Below, piece after piece: positions 9,494 to 17,273 of a DNA stretch of 62,239 bases (positions are counted from its first letter, which is position 1; each line of letters opens with the position of its first letter). Position numbers and translations under genes: made by a program. The notes beneath the pieces were generated by a model. The model was given only the letters and a program-made list of their open reading frames with translations. It ran no database searches and was not told where the DNA came from. Source of the DNA: Candidatus Limnocylindrales bacterium (lineage in GTDB: Bacteria > Chloroflexota > Limnocylindria > Limnocylindrales > CSP1-4); contig JBKJHI010000003.1 of assembly GCA_046599085.1 (NCBI GenBank), positions 1-62,239 of the forward strand. The letters run 5' to 3'.

Positions 9494-10726
9494 CTAGGCT
9501 CGGGCCTGGGCTCGGAAGCGACCGAAGATGCCGAGGCCACCCTTGACTACCGGCGCCGCGACCGGCGCACCGATCAGGCGATCGGCGAGGGCATCGAAGT
9601 CGGCCGTGATGCGCTCCTTCGGGAACATCTCGATGACGGTCCGACCCTCGTTGGCGGCGCGCACGAAGAGCAGGCCACCGGATCGGATGAGGGCCAGGGC
9701 CGGCATGTCGATCGTCTTCTCGAGGTCGTCCACGGAGACGCCGGAGTTGGCCCGGTTGATGACCAGCGCCAGGCGGTCGCGGATGCCGAGTTCCGAGGCG
9801 ATCCCGGACAGCTGGACGCCGGCGCGGATGGCCGGCACGTCGGGCGTGACCGGGACAAGGATCCGGTCGGCGGTCTCGAAGATGGCCTGGTTCAGCGGAC
9901 TGTACGACGGGTGCAGATCGACGACCACGAAATCGAAGCCGCGACGCGCGACCTGGATCGCCTGGGCGACGCGGGCCGGATCGAGGATCTCCGTGTTGAG
10001 TGGCGACGACGTCAACGCGACGACGCGAAGGCCGGATGGATGGTTGGACGCCAGGTCCTGGAGCGAGAGGGGCGGCTCTCCGTCGAGTTCATCGTGCCAG
10101 GCGTCGACGACGGTCCGGACCTCGTCCATGCCGAGTGACGTGCTGACGTGGCCGGTCACCGTATCCGCATCGATGAGGAGGACGCTTTGCGCCTTGCGCA
10201 GCTGCAGCGCCGAGGCAAGGTTGGTGGCGACGGTCGTCTTGCCCACGCCGCCCTTCGGATTGAAGACGGCAACGACCGTCGCGCGGCGCTGCCAGCCGTC
10301 CGCCTCCATGGGCCCACCCGACAGGATCGGCCCGGAACCGTCGTCGACAGTCTGGCTGCGGATGCACATCGCCTCGACGCGCCAGCGCAGGGATTCGGCG
10401 GAATATGGCCGGGTGACGTACTCGTCATCGAGGCTTGAGCTCGTCGGGTGGTTCCCCAGCTGCTCGAGCGCCCGCGGCGACACGACCATCATGGCCGGGA
10501 TATTCCTGCCTTCTTCACGCAGGAGCCCGTAGTACTCGAGCGACTGGTCGAAATCGGTCTCGCCGTCGAGGATCGCGACGGCCACGTCGCGACTGCTCGC
10601 GAGGAGTGCCGCGAGTTCGTCCGGGTGCTGGACGGTCACGGTCGGGAAACCGGCCTCGCGCAGCTCGGTGGCGACAGGTCTGGATTCGTCCCGCGGCAGC
10701 GCGATGACGACGGTGGGTCGAGCCAT
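9494..10726 (-). CDS. receiver-like domain fused to ParA/MinD-type ATPase (CpaE/TadZ-like architecture)
   Basis: N-terminal ~120 aa are receiver-like (VVIALPRDES..VAILDGETD..MMVVSP). C-terminal part has the deviant Walker A FNPKGGVGKTTVATNLA, plus LLIDAD and FVVVDLHP. Confidence 0.85.
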   Translation of the reverse strand: MARPTVVIALPRDESRPVATELREAGFPTVTVQHPDELAALLASSRDVAVAILDGETDFDQSLEYYGLLREEGRNIPAMMVVSPRALEQLGNHPTSSSLDDEYVTRPYSAESLRWRVEAMCIRSQTVDDGSGPILSGGPMEADGWQRRATVVAVFNPKGGVGKTTVATNLASALQLRKAQSVLLIDADTVTGHVSTSLGMDEVRTVVDAWHDELDGEPPLSLQDLASNHPSGLRVVALTSSPLNTEILDPARVAQAIQVARRGFDFVVVDLHPSYSPLNQAIFETADRILVPVTPDVPAIRAGVQLSGIASELGIRDRLALVINRANSGVSVDDLEKTIDMPALALIRSGGLLFVRAANEGRTVIEMFPKERITADFDALADRLIGAPVAAPVVKGGLGIFGRFRAQARA

Positions 10727-10728
10727 GA

Positions 10729-12120
10729 TCAGCTCTGGGACTCGGGATCGCGGGCCGTGACATGGAGTTCGTCGTCAGTTGATCCGGTGACACGGGCCCC
10801 GAACCCGGGCAGCGTGGCGATGGCGCCCTGCAGGTCCAGGCCAGCGGTATGGGTGACGGCGAACACGAACTCGCCATCGGGGCTGGAGGTGACGCCGACG
10901 GCGCTGACGCCCGGGACGCGTGACAGGTGGCGCTTGAAGCCGGCGATGCTGGCGACGCTCATGAGGCCGACGACGATGGCTCGGGTCGTCACCGTGTCAG
11001 CGCCGTCGCCATCGGACATCAGACCCGCGAGGCGGGCCGCGAAGGCTTCCTCGGCGATGTCGGACGAGCCGGTGTCGCTCTCGGCGTCCAGGTCGCCGAA
11101 GCTCGCGGCCTCAGCTTCCGCAGCAGCGAAGCCGGCAGCGGGCACGTTCCCGGCTGTGGCGTCCGCATCCGCGCTGCTCTCGTCGGCGCCGATGCTGAAC
11201 AGGTCGGCGTTCGCCGGTCCTTGATGATGGTCGGCTTCGAGGCGGCTCGGCGCCTCGCTCGGCCATGCGACGTGGTGGCTGTCGGCGGGCTCAAGCTCGG
11301 GCTGAGCCACCTCGGCCTCGGCGGTCTCGACCTCGGCGGTCTCGGCCTCGGCGGTCTCGGCGACCGGCGGCTCGGAGGCCAGCGGAGGAAGGGGGACGTC
11401 GGCCCCGTCCATGTCGGCATCGAACGACGGTGGCTCCGGGAGGTTCTCGGCCATCGCGGCCAGACGGGTCGGGTCCACCTCGGCACCGAGCAACTCGAAG
11501 AACTCGGACATCTCGGTCTCGAAGGCGGCGACCCGGGCCTGGACGCGCTCGATCCGTCGCTCGATGGCGGCGGCGTGGGTCTCGATCTCCTGTTCGAGGT
11601 CGGCCTTGCGCGCGGAGATCCTCGCCTCGGTCTTTTCGCGGATCCGGGCGATCTCCGCCTTCGACCATTCGCGCACCCCGGCGACATCGTCATCGGCCTG
11701 GCGGCGAAGCTCGGTGGCGTCGGTCGCGGATGTCGCGTGGATCGTCTCGATGAAGGCCTTCGCGTCCGCCCCCAGGCGAGTCAGGACATCGGTCCGGGCT
11801 TCCTCAGCGGCGGCCTGCATGGCGCGCGTGAGGTCAGCCATCAGCTTGTTCGGCTTGCGCGCCGGAGCAGGCGCGGGCGGCGGCGTCGTCGCGACGGGCG
11901 TGGAGTCGGGTGCGACGGCGACATCGGTCGCCTCGCTCGCGGTGGAAGCGGACACGTCGATCATGGCGGGCGTCTCGTCCTCGTGATCTGGGGCAGGATC
12001 GACCGCGGCTTCGGTCGTGGATGATGCTTCGCTGTCGGGGACCGCAGGTGTGTCGCCACGTTCGGCAGTCCAGGGGAGGCGGAAACCGGGCTTCGCATCC
12101 GTGATGGCCATCGCGTGCAT
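10729..12120 (-). CDS. acidic coiled-coil protein with small C-terminal globular domain (unknown family)
   Basis: Long ORF whose stop lies 2 nt before the next gene's ATG. It has a charged heptad-like core (EIARIREKTEARISARKADLEQEIETHAAAIERRIERVQARVAAFE) and a C-terminal ~95-aa hydrophobic-patterned domain. Start ATG 12120 (MHAMAIT) or 12111. Confidence 0.7.
   Translation of the reverse strand: MHAMAITDAKPGFRLPWTAERGDTPAVPDSEASSTTEAAVDPAPDHEDETPAMIDVSASTASEATDVAVAPDSTPVATTPPPAPAPARKPNKLMADLTRAMQAAAEEARTDVLTRLGADAKAFIETIHATSATDATELRRQADDDVAGVREWSKAEIARIREKTEARISARKADLEQEIETHAAAIERRIERVQARVAAFETEMSEFFELLGAEVDPTRLAAMAENLPEPPSFDADMDGADVPLPPLASEPPVAETAEAETAEVETAEAEVAQPELEPADSHHVAWPSEAPSRLEADHHQGPANADLFSIGADESSADADATAGNVPAAGFAAAEAEAASFGDLDAESDTGSSDIAEEAFAARLAGLMSDGDGADTVTTRAIVVGLMSVASIAGFKRHLSRVPGVSAVGVTSSPDGEFVFAVTHTAGLDLQGAIATLPGFGARVTGSTDDELHVTARDPESQS
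11316..11360. repeat. 3 x 15-bp in-frame tandem repeat (CCTCGGCGGTCTCGR) inside the coiled-coil gene
   Basis: Read directly. Encodes ETAEA/ETAEV repeats on the minus strand. Confidence 0.8.
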
Positions 12121-12308
12121 CCTCGTCAATGTCGGGGCTCGCGGCCGGGCCGCGGGAGTCGGGCGTGGACGCAATCGTGCCAGCGTGGTCGGGTCCGGTG
12201 GAGTCCGCTAGTGGTACCAGCAGGCAACGCCGGTCGTACCGGCAGAGTCCGACCACGGTCGCCGGTCATCCGGCTGGATGAGGCGAGCGGAGTACGATAG
12301 AGGGCCTC

Positions 12309-13355
12309 ATGACGCCCCTCGACCGGCTCGGACGGCCGCTCCACGACCTGCGCATCTCGGTCACCGATCGCTGCAACTTCCGCTGCACGTACTGCATGCC
12401 GAAGGAAGTGTTCGGGCGCGACTACGCGTTCCTGCCGCGCGATCAGCTGCTGTCGTTCGAGGAGATCGAGCGCGCAGCCCGGGCATTCACTGCGCTCGGG
12501 GTCGAGAAGCTGCGGATCACCGGTGGCGAGCCGCTCGTCCGGCGCGACCTGCCCGCGCTGATCGAGCGCCTCGCGGCCTTGCGCACGACCGACGGGCGCG
12601 AGCTGGACCTCACGCTGACGACGAACGGGGCCGCCCTGCGGGCACTGGCCCAGCGGTTGGCCGACGCCGGCCTGCGACGCGTCACGGTCAGCCTGGATTC
12701 GCTCGACGACGCCGTCTTCGGTGCGATGAACGGCATCGACTTCCCGGTGGCCCGCGTGCTCGATGGCGTGGACGCGGCGCTGGAGGCCGGCCTGACGCCG
12801 CTCAAGATCAACATGGTCGTGCGCCGGGGTGTCAACGAGTCGTCGGTCGTGCCGATGGCCCGCTGGGCCCGCGAGATCGGCGCCACCCTGCGCTGCATCG
12901 AGTACATGGATGTCGGTCACTCGAATGGCTGGCGCCTGGATGAGGTGGTGTCCGCGGCCGAGCTGCGCGACATGATCACGACCGAGTGGCCGGCCGAACC
13001 GGCCGAGCCCGGCTATCGCGGCGAGGTCGCCGGCCGCTGGCGCTACCTGGACGGGAGCGGCGAGTTCGGGATCATCTCGTCGGTCACGATGCCGTTCTGC
13101 CGGGATTGCACGCGGGCCAGGTTGTCAGCGGATGGCCAGCTGTACACGTGTCTGTTCGCCGCCAGCGGACTGGATGTCCGCGCCGTATTGCGAGACGCGA
13201 CCGTTGACGATGCGGGGCTCGCCACGTTCCTCACCGATGCGTGGCGCGTCCGCGACGACCGGTACTCGGAACTGCGCTCGCAGGCGACCCATGAGCGGGA
13301 CCGTGACGGGCGCCCGGACCTGCCCAGGATCGAGATGTTCGCGATGGGCGGGTAG
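12309..13355 (+). CDS. moaA: GTP 3',8-cyclase MoaA (radical SAM, molybdenum cofactor biosynthesis)
   Basis: LRISVTDRCNFRCTYCMP radical-SAM cluster motif, C-terminal CRDCTRARLSADGQLYTCLF cluster motif, typical length. Confidence 0.95.
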   Translation: MTPLDRLGRPLHDLRISVTDRCNFRCTYCMPKEVFGRDYAFLPRDQLLSFEEIERAARAFTALGVEKLRITGGEPLVRRDLPALIERLAALRTTDGRELDLTLTTNGAALRALAQRLADAGLRRVTVSLDSLDDAVFGAMNGIDFPVARVLDGVDAALEAGLTPLKINMVVRRGVNESSVVPMARWAREIGATLRCIEYMDVGHSNGWRLDEVVSAAELRDMITTEWPAEPAEPGYRGEVAGRWRYLDGSGEFGIISSVTMPFCRDCTRARLSADGQLYTCLFAASGLDVRAVLRDATVDDAGLATFLTDAWRVRDDRYSELRSQATHERDRDGRPDLPRIEMFAMGG

Positions 13356-13379
13356 GGGCAAGTCACCCAGTAGCTGGCC

Positions 13380-13420
13380 GCGCGGCGCGAGCGCGGCCTG
13401 TGCGCGGCGCGAGCGCGGCC
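13380..13420. repeat. 2 x GCGCGGCGCGAGCGCGGCC (period 22)
   Basis: Perfect 19-mer at 13380-13398 and 13402-13420. Confidence 0.9.
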
Positions 13421-13468
13421 CGCGCTGCGTGCTCCCCACAGGAGCGCGCTGCGTGCTCCCCACAGGAG
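13421..13468. repeat. 2 x 24-bp perfect tandem repeat CGCGCTGCGTGCTCCCCACAGGAG (third partial copy at 13589-13606)
   Basis: Read directly. Each unit contains a small GCTCC/GGAGC hairpin. Confidence 0.9.
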
Positions 13469-13475
13469 CGCCGAC

Positions 13476-13506
13476 GCGGCTTCGCTCCTCTGAGGAGCGA
13501 AGCCGC
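13476..13506. other. perfect 13-bp-stem hairpin GCGGCTTCGCTCC-tctga-GGAGCGAAGCCGC
   Basis: Read directly. Lies 120 nt downstream of moaA with no U-tract, so it could be a terminator or a protein/RNA site. Confidence 0.5.
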
Positions 13507-13668
13507 AACAGAACCCTCGTGCACCCTTCGCCAGAACGACACAGCGTGTCGTCTGGGCATACCTCCACGAGGCGTCTGTCCTGGATCTGCTCCCCACAGG
13601 AGCGCCCGCCTGGTGAGCGCGCGACGAGTGCCGCGTCCGGGGCCCGAGCGCCTCCCGCGGCCCACCAG

Positions 13669-13733
13669 TTATCCACACCGCCGCGGAAAGTGGTGGACGG
13701 ATGCCCGCCGTCAGCCGCCAGAATCGTGGACAA
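13669..13733. promoter_or_regulatory. cluster of three DnaA-box-like 9-mers
   Basis: TTATCCACA at 13669-13677 (perfect E. coli-type box). TTGTCCACG on the minus strand at 13725-13733. A weaker GTCCACCA on the minus strand at 13691-13698. Confidence 0.25.
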
Positions 13734-13738
13734 GTCCG

Positions 13739-13768
13739 TTGACCAAGCCGACGGGCGGGCCATATCGT
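13739..13768 (+). promoter_or_regulatory. sigma70-like promoter candidate (TTGACC - 18 nt - TATCGT)
   Basis: Hexamers read in the lowest-GC part of the gene-free region. It would give a ~340-nt leader for the PNP gene. Purely a pattern match. Confidence 0.2.
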
Positions 13769-13955
13769 TGAACGTGCCCGAAGGGGCCGACAGGAACGCT
13801 GGACTGCGATCATATCAAGGACCTGCCGTTTCGCCGCCGGTCGCTTCGGGCGCTTCGTTGCTCGCCGCGGTATAGCAGTCTCACCACTGTCGCGCCGCAC
13901 GGTGATCGCCCGACGGGTCGCGATCGGCATCCCGGTGTCGATACGCTCGTCGGGC

Positions 13956-14078
13956 GGACGAGGCCACGACGGGCAACGACGAGGCTCCGCCGCCACGGAC
14001 GAGGCCACGACGGGCAACGACGAGGCTCCGCCGCCAAGGACGAGGCCCCCGCCGGCCGCGGACGAGGCCCGCCGGCCC
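13956..14078. repeat. tandem repeats starting GGACGAGGCC (2 x 41 bp, then two shortened units)
   Basis: Units begin at 13956, 13997, 14038 and 14060. The 41-bp period is not a multiple of 3, which argues against coding. Confidence 0.85.
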
Positions 14079-14111
14079 TCGCCGCCGCGCGACGAGCAGC
14101 TGGAGGCCCTG

Positions 14112-15005
14112 ATGTCCGACCTTCCCGCCCCGCCCGAGCCCGGGTCACGCGTGGATCCGACCCGGCCGATCGCGCCGAGTGAGCAGCCACCTCGGATCGC
14201 CGCCTTGCTGGCCGCGGTCCGTGCGCGGACCGCGCTGGTCCCGGAGGTCGGGATCGTGCTCGGATCCGGGCTCGGTGGCCTCGCCGACGACCTGGAGGAC
14301 GCCGTCGCGATCCCGTTCGATGATCTGCCGGGCTGGCCGGCGGCGACGGCACCGGGTCATGCCGGTCGCCTGTTGCTGGGCATCCTCGGCGGTCGGCCGG
14401 TGGTCATGCTCCAGGGCCGATTCCATCTGTATGAGGGCAACGATCCCGGGCTCGTGGTCCAGCCCGTGCTCCTGTTCCATGCCCTTGGTGCCCAGATCGT
14501 CGTGCTGACCAACGCGGCTGGCGGCCTCGATCCGAAATTCGGCCCGGGCACGCTCATGGTCATGCGCGATCACATCAACCTGACCGGTCGCTCGCCGCTG
14601 ATGGGTCCGAATGCCGACGCGATGGGGGAGCGTTTCACCGATCTGACCGATGCCTGGAGCCCGCGCCTCCGCGCGCGCCTGCATGCCGCCGCCAAGGCGG
14701 AGGACGTCGCGTTCGAGGAGGGCATCTACGTCGGCCTGACCGGGCCGACCTATGAGACGCCGGCGGAGGTGCGCATGCTGGCCGGCCTCGGCGGGCATGC
14801 GGTCGGGATGTCCACGGTCCTCGAGTGCATCGCCGCGCGATGGGTCGGCCTCGAGGTATGCGGCGTGTCGCTGGTCACGAATGCCGGGGCGGGCTACACC
14901 GGGGCACCGTTGACCCATGAGGAGGTCCTGGAATCCGGCCTGGTCGCCGGCCCGCGCCTGGCCAAGGTCGTCCGTCGATTCCTGATCGATCTCGGGGACG
15001 GCTGA
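14112..15005 (+). CDS. punA: purine nucleoside phosphorylase (trimeric PNP family)
   Basis: GIVLGSGLG, LQGRFHLYEG, TGPTYETPAE and GMSTV motifs. ATG 14112 chosen because upstream codons of ORF 13902.. run through out-of-frame 41-bp repeats. Confidence 0.85.
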   Translation: MSDLPAPPEPGSRVDPTRPIAPSEQPPRIAALLAAVRARTALVPEVGIVLGSGLGGLADDLEDAVAIPFDDLPGWPAATAPGHAGRLLLGILGGRPVVMLQGRFHLYEGNDPGLVVQPVLLFHALGAQIVVLTNAAGGLDPKFGPGTLMVMRDHINLTGRSPLMGPNADAMGERFTDLTDAWSPRLRARLHAAAKAEDVAFEEGIYVGLTGPTYETPAEVRMLAGLGGHAVGMSTVLECIAARWVGLEVCGVSLVTNAGAGYTGAPLTHEEVLESGLVAGPRLAKVVRRFLIDLGDG

Positions 15006-15023
15006 CCGCCGCACGGCCAGAGG

Positions 15024-15073
15024 TGCCGACCACCGCCGAGGCGACGCGTGCCGACCACAGCCGAGGCGACGCG
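15024..15073. repeat. 2 x 25-bp tandem duplication TGCCGACCAC(C/A)GCCGAGGCGACGCG
   Basis: Read directly in the convergent spacer between the PNP gene and thyX. Confidence 0.85.
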
Positions 15074-15106
15074 GGCCGGCCACGCGGGCCGCCTCCGCTC
15101 GACCCC

Positions 15107-15943
15107 CTAGACCTGCGGCAGTTCCCGTCCCGCGGCACGCGCGGCTGTCGCCTTTTCCTGCCACGCCTGCAGGACGCGGTCCTTGTGTGGGCGGATGGGG
15201 CAATGCTCATCGCGATTGTTGAACTCGTCGCAATACCCGAGCGGCACGCACTTGGGCGCCAGGAACGACCCGAGGAAGGGCGACACGCCGAAGATCTCGT
15301 GGCGGATCAGTTGGAACAGGCGGCGGATCTCCCACTGCGCCATCGTGCACAGGCGCAGCCCGGACATGTGGATGAGCGCGCGCAGGTTCGTGGTCATGAC
15401 CAGGTTCGTCCGCGTCCCGTTCGGGAAGACGAACCGGGCATCCTCGCCGGGCACGCCCGCGCCGACCATCTCGCCGTACAGGTCGAGCGCACCGTCCACC
15501 TGGGCCTCGTACCGCTGGCGCAGTTCCGCGTCGCCCTCGGCGATGGAGTGGGGGAGCATCGTGGCCGCTCCCTTGTACTTCACGTAGCGCTGGCTCTGCT
15601 GGTCGAAGGCGACGCCCGCGCGATGGCGCACAAGTTGGTGCGACAGCGTCCGCGATACCCCGGTGATGGCGAACGTGAAGACGATGTGCTCGATGGTCGA
15701 CCCGTGTCCGCTCTCGATCACCGACGAGATCAGCTTCTGCATCTTCTGCTGGTCGAAGTCGCCGTCCACGGCGCGCCGGAAGATCGACTCCGGTGCCTCT
15801 TCCGAATAGCACGTCCGGCAGGCGGTGTAGATGACCGGGACGTAGTACTGCTCGACGATCTCGCGGTTCGGGAAAAGCAGGGTCGCGGTCATGCCCAGCT
15901 CTCGGCGGCCGGGGTTCTTGGGGATGCCGGTCTTCTCGCTCAT
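15107..15943 (-). CDS. thyX: FAD-dependent thymidylate synthase ThyX
   Basis: ThyX signature RHRAGVAFDQQSQRY plus ESGHGSTIEH. Typical size. Confidence 0.95.
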   Translation of the reverse strand: MSEKTGIPKNPGRRELGMTATLLFPNREIVEQYYVPVIYTACRTCYSEEAPESIFRRAVDGDFDQQKMQKLISSVIESGHGSTIEHIVFTFAITGVSRTLSHQLVRHRAGVAFDQQSQRYVKYKGAATMLPHSIAEGDAELRQRYEAQVDGALDLYGEMVGAGVPGEDARFVFPNGTRTNLVMTTNLRALIHMSGLRLCTMAQWEIRRLFQLIRHEIFGVSPFLGSFLAPKCVPLGYCDEFNNRDEHCPIRPHKDRVLQAWQEKATAARAAGRELPQV

Positions 15944-15965
15944 CTGCGGGTCAGTCTACGGGACC

Positions 15966-16394
15966 TCAGGCCGAGTCGCGAACGACGTCGACGAGGTCCT
16001 CGAGATAGCCCGCCCAGTAGCCATCGTGGTCGTCGCGTGCGCCGAGATCGAGGCCGGCGCTCGCCCAGCCATCGTGCACGAGCCGGATCGTCGTCCCATC
16101 GTCGCCAGCGGCCGGCTCGACGGCCCATCGCACATGGGTCGTCTCCGTCATGGGTGCGCCGGCCCAGCGCCACGAATAGCCGAATGATCGCCCGGGCTCG
16201 AGCGACTCGATCGCGCCGTCCACGACGGTGCCGTCGCCGAAGTCCAGGCGGTAGTCATCGCCGACGGCTCCGACCGGGACGGCATCCGTGAACCACTCGG
16301 CGACGCGCGCCGGATCAGTCAGCGCGGCCCACGCGACAGCCGCGGAGACGGGTACCTCCACGCGCCGATCGATCGCCGGGATGGGCTCGGTCAT
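15966..16394 (-). CDS. SRPBCC/AHSA1-like domain protein
   Basis: 142 aa from ATG 16394 (MTEPIPAID). The pattern VSAAVAWAALTDPARVAEWF...GRSFGYSWRW...RLVHDGW is typical of Aha1/SRPBCC proteins. Confidence 0.8.
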   Translation of the reverse strand: MTEPIPAIDRRVEVPVSAAVAWAALTDPARVAEWFTDAVPVGAVGDDYRLDFGDGTVVDGAIESLEPGRSFGYSWRWAGAPMTETTHVRWAVEPAAGDDGTTIRLVHDGWASAGLDLGARDDHDGYWAGYLEDLVDVVRDSA

Positions 16395-16404
16395 CGCGGT
16401 CGCC

Positions 16405-16605
16405 TCAGTAGTAGTCCGAGCAGGACAGAAAGTAGCCGCATCGACAGATGAGCTTGCATTTGCGCTCGTCCATGGCCGCGCCGCAGTTCGCACAGGTCAG
16501 GATGAGCGCGGCCGGGTCCGGCTCGGCGTCGACATCGCCGTCGAGCAACTGGATCGGCTCGAGGCTTCGTCCCGGGCTGGCGCCCAGCTGAGCGTGCATG
16601 GTCAT
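16405..16605 (-). CDS. 66-aa six-cysteine zinc-ribbon-like protein
   Basis: C-terminal CANCGAAMDERKCKLICRCGYFLSCSDYY. Its stop lies 10 nt upstream of the SRPBCC start, on the same strand as thyX. Confidence 0.6.
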   Translation of the reverse strand: MTMHAQLGASPGRSLEPIQLLDGDVDAEPDPAALILTCANCGAAMDERKCKLICRCGYFLSCSDYY

Positions 16606-16693
16606 CGCGACTCCTCGTGGTCCGTCGGCTCGGTGCCATCATCGTCGCCCATGGCCTCGGCCACAACGTCATCCAGGCTTCGGCCGCCTCGGG

Positions 16694-17122
16694 TCAGTGA
16701 CGCTGCGGTTCGGTGAGCGACCGAAGTCGGGTCGCGAGGGCGCGCAGCACGGCCAGGGCGACCGCCGGCTCCTCGGCCACGACGGCCTCGAAGTCCCACG
16801 TGGCCAACGCCAGGCAGACGGCGGGCTCGGCCGCGACGACCTGCGCGGTCCTTGGCTTGCCATCGAGGATGGACAGCTCGCCGAAGAATTCGCCCGGCCC
16901 GAGCGTGGCGACCTCGGTGCCGTCGCGGATGACCCTCACCACGCCGCTGGCGATCAGGAAGAACCCCGTGCCGATCTCGCCCTGGCGGGCGATGACGTGT
17001 CCGGACGCGAACTCCACCTCGACGACGCGGGCGGCGATCCGCTCGATCCCGTCGGCATCCATGGCGGCGAAGAGCGGGGCCGCAGCCAGGAGTGCAGTCC
17101 GTCGGTCGGTGGTGATGGTCAT
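16694..17122 (-). CDS. stand-alone cyclic-nucleotide-binding domain protein
   Basis: 142 aa from ATG 17122. Has a canonical phosphate-binding cassette FFGELSILDGKPRTAQVVA and no DNA-binding domain. Confidence 0.8.
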   Translation of the reverse strand: MTITTDRRTALLAAAPLFAAMDADGIERIAARVVEVEFASGHVIARQGEIGTGFFLIASGVVRVIRDGTEVATLGPGEFFGELSILDGKPRTAQVVAAEPAVCLALATWDFEAVVAEEPAVALAVLRALATRLRSLTEPQRH

Positions 17123-17273
17123 GCGAATCTCCTGCTGGGTGCCTCGGATGCTGCGCCGCGGTCGGCTGAGCGTCAAGGTAGCGCGGACCGGCTGACCGCG
17201 ACGGGCACCCGCGACCGGTATCCCGGCGCACGTCGCACGGACGACGCTTGCCCCAGCGTGGCACCATTGCGCC

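Noticed and set aside
13380-13468. Possible CRISPR array (also considered for 61867-62239)
   Set aside because: Repeat units abut each other without unique spacers of regular length. Units are only 14-24 nt and of several unrelated types, and no cas genes are present in the window.
13669-13733. Chromosomal replication origin (oriC)
   Set aside because: There are only three DnaA-box-like 9-mers (one perfect). No dnaA, dnaN, rpmH or parAB genes are nearby and no obvious AT-rich unwinding element is present. Kept only as a low-confidence regulatory observation.
13902-14111. N-terminal extension of the purine nucleoside phosphorylase (ORF 13902..15005)
   Set aside because: The extension is translated from 41-bp tandem repeats whose successive units fall in different frames. 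It has no PNP-like sequence. ATG 14112 gives a normal N-terminus.
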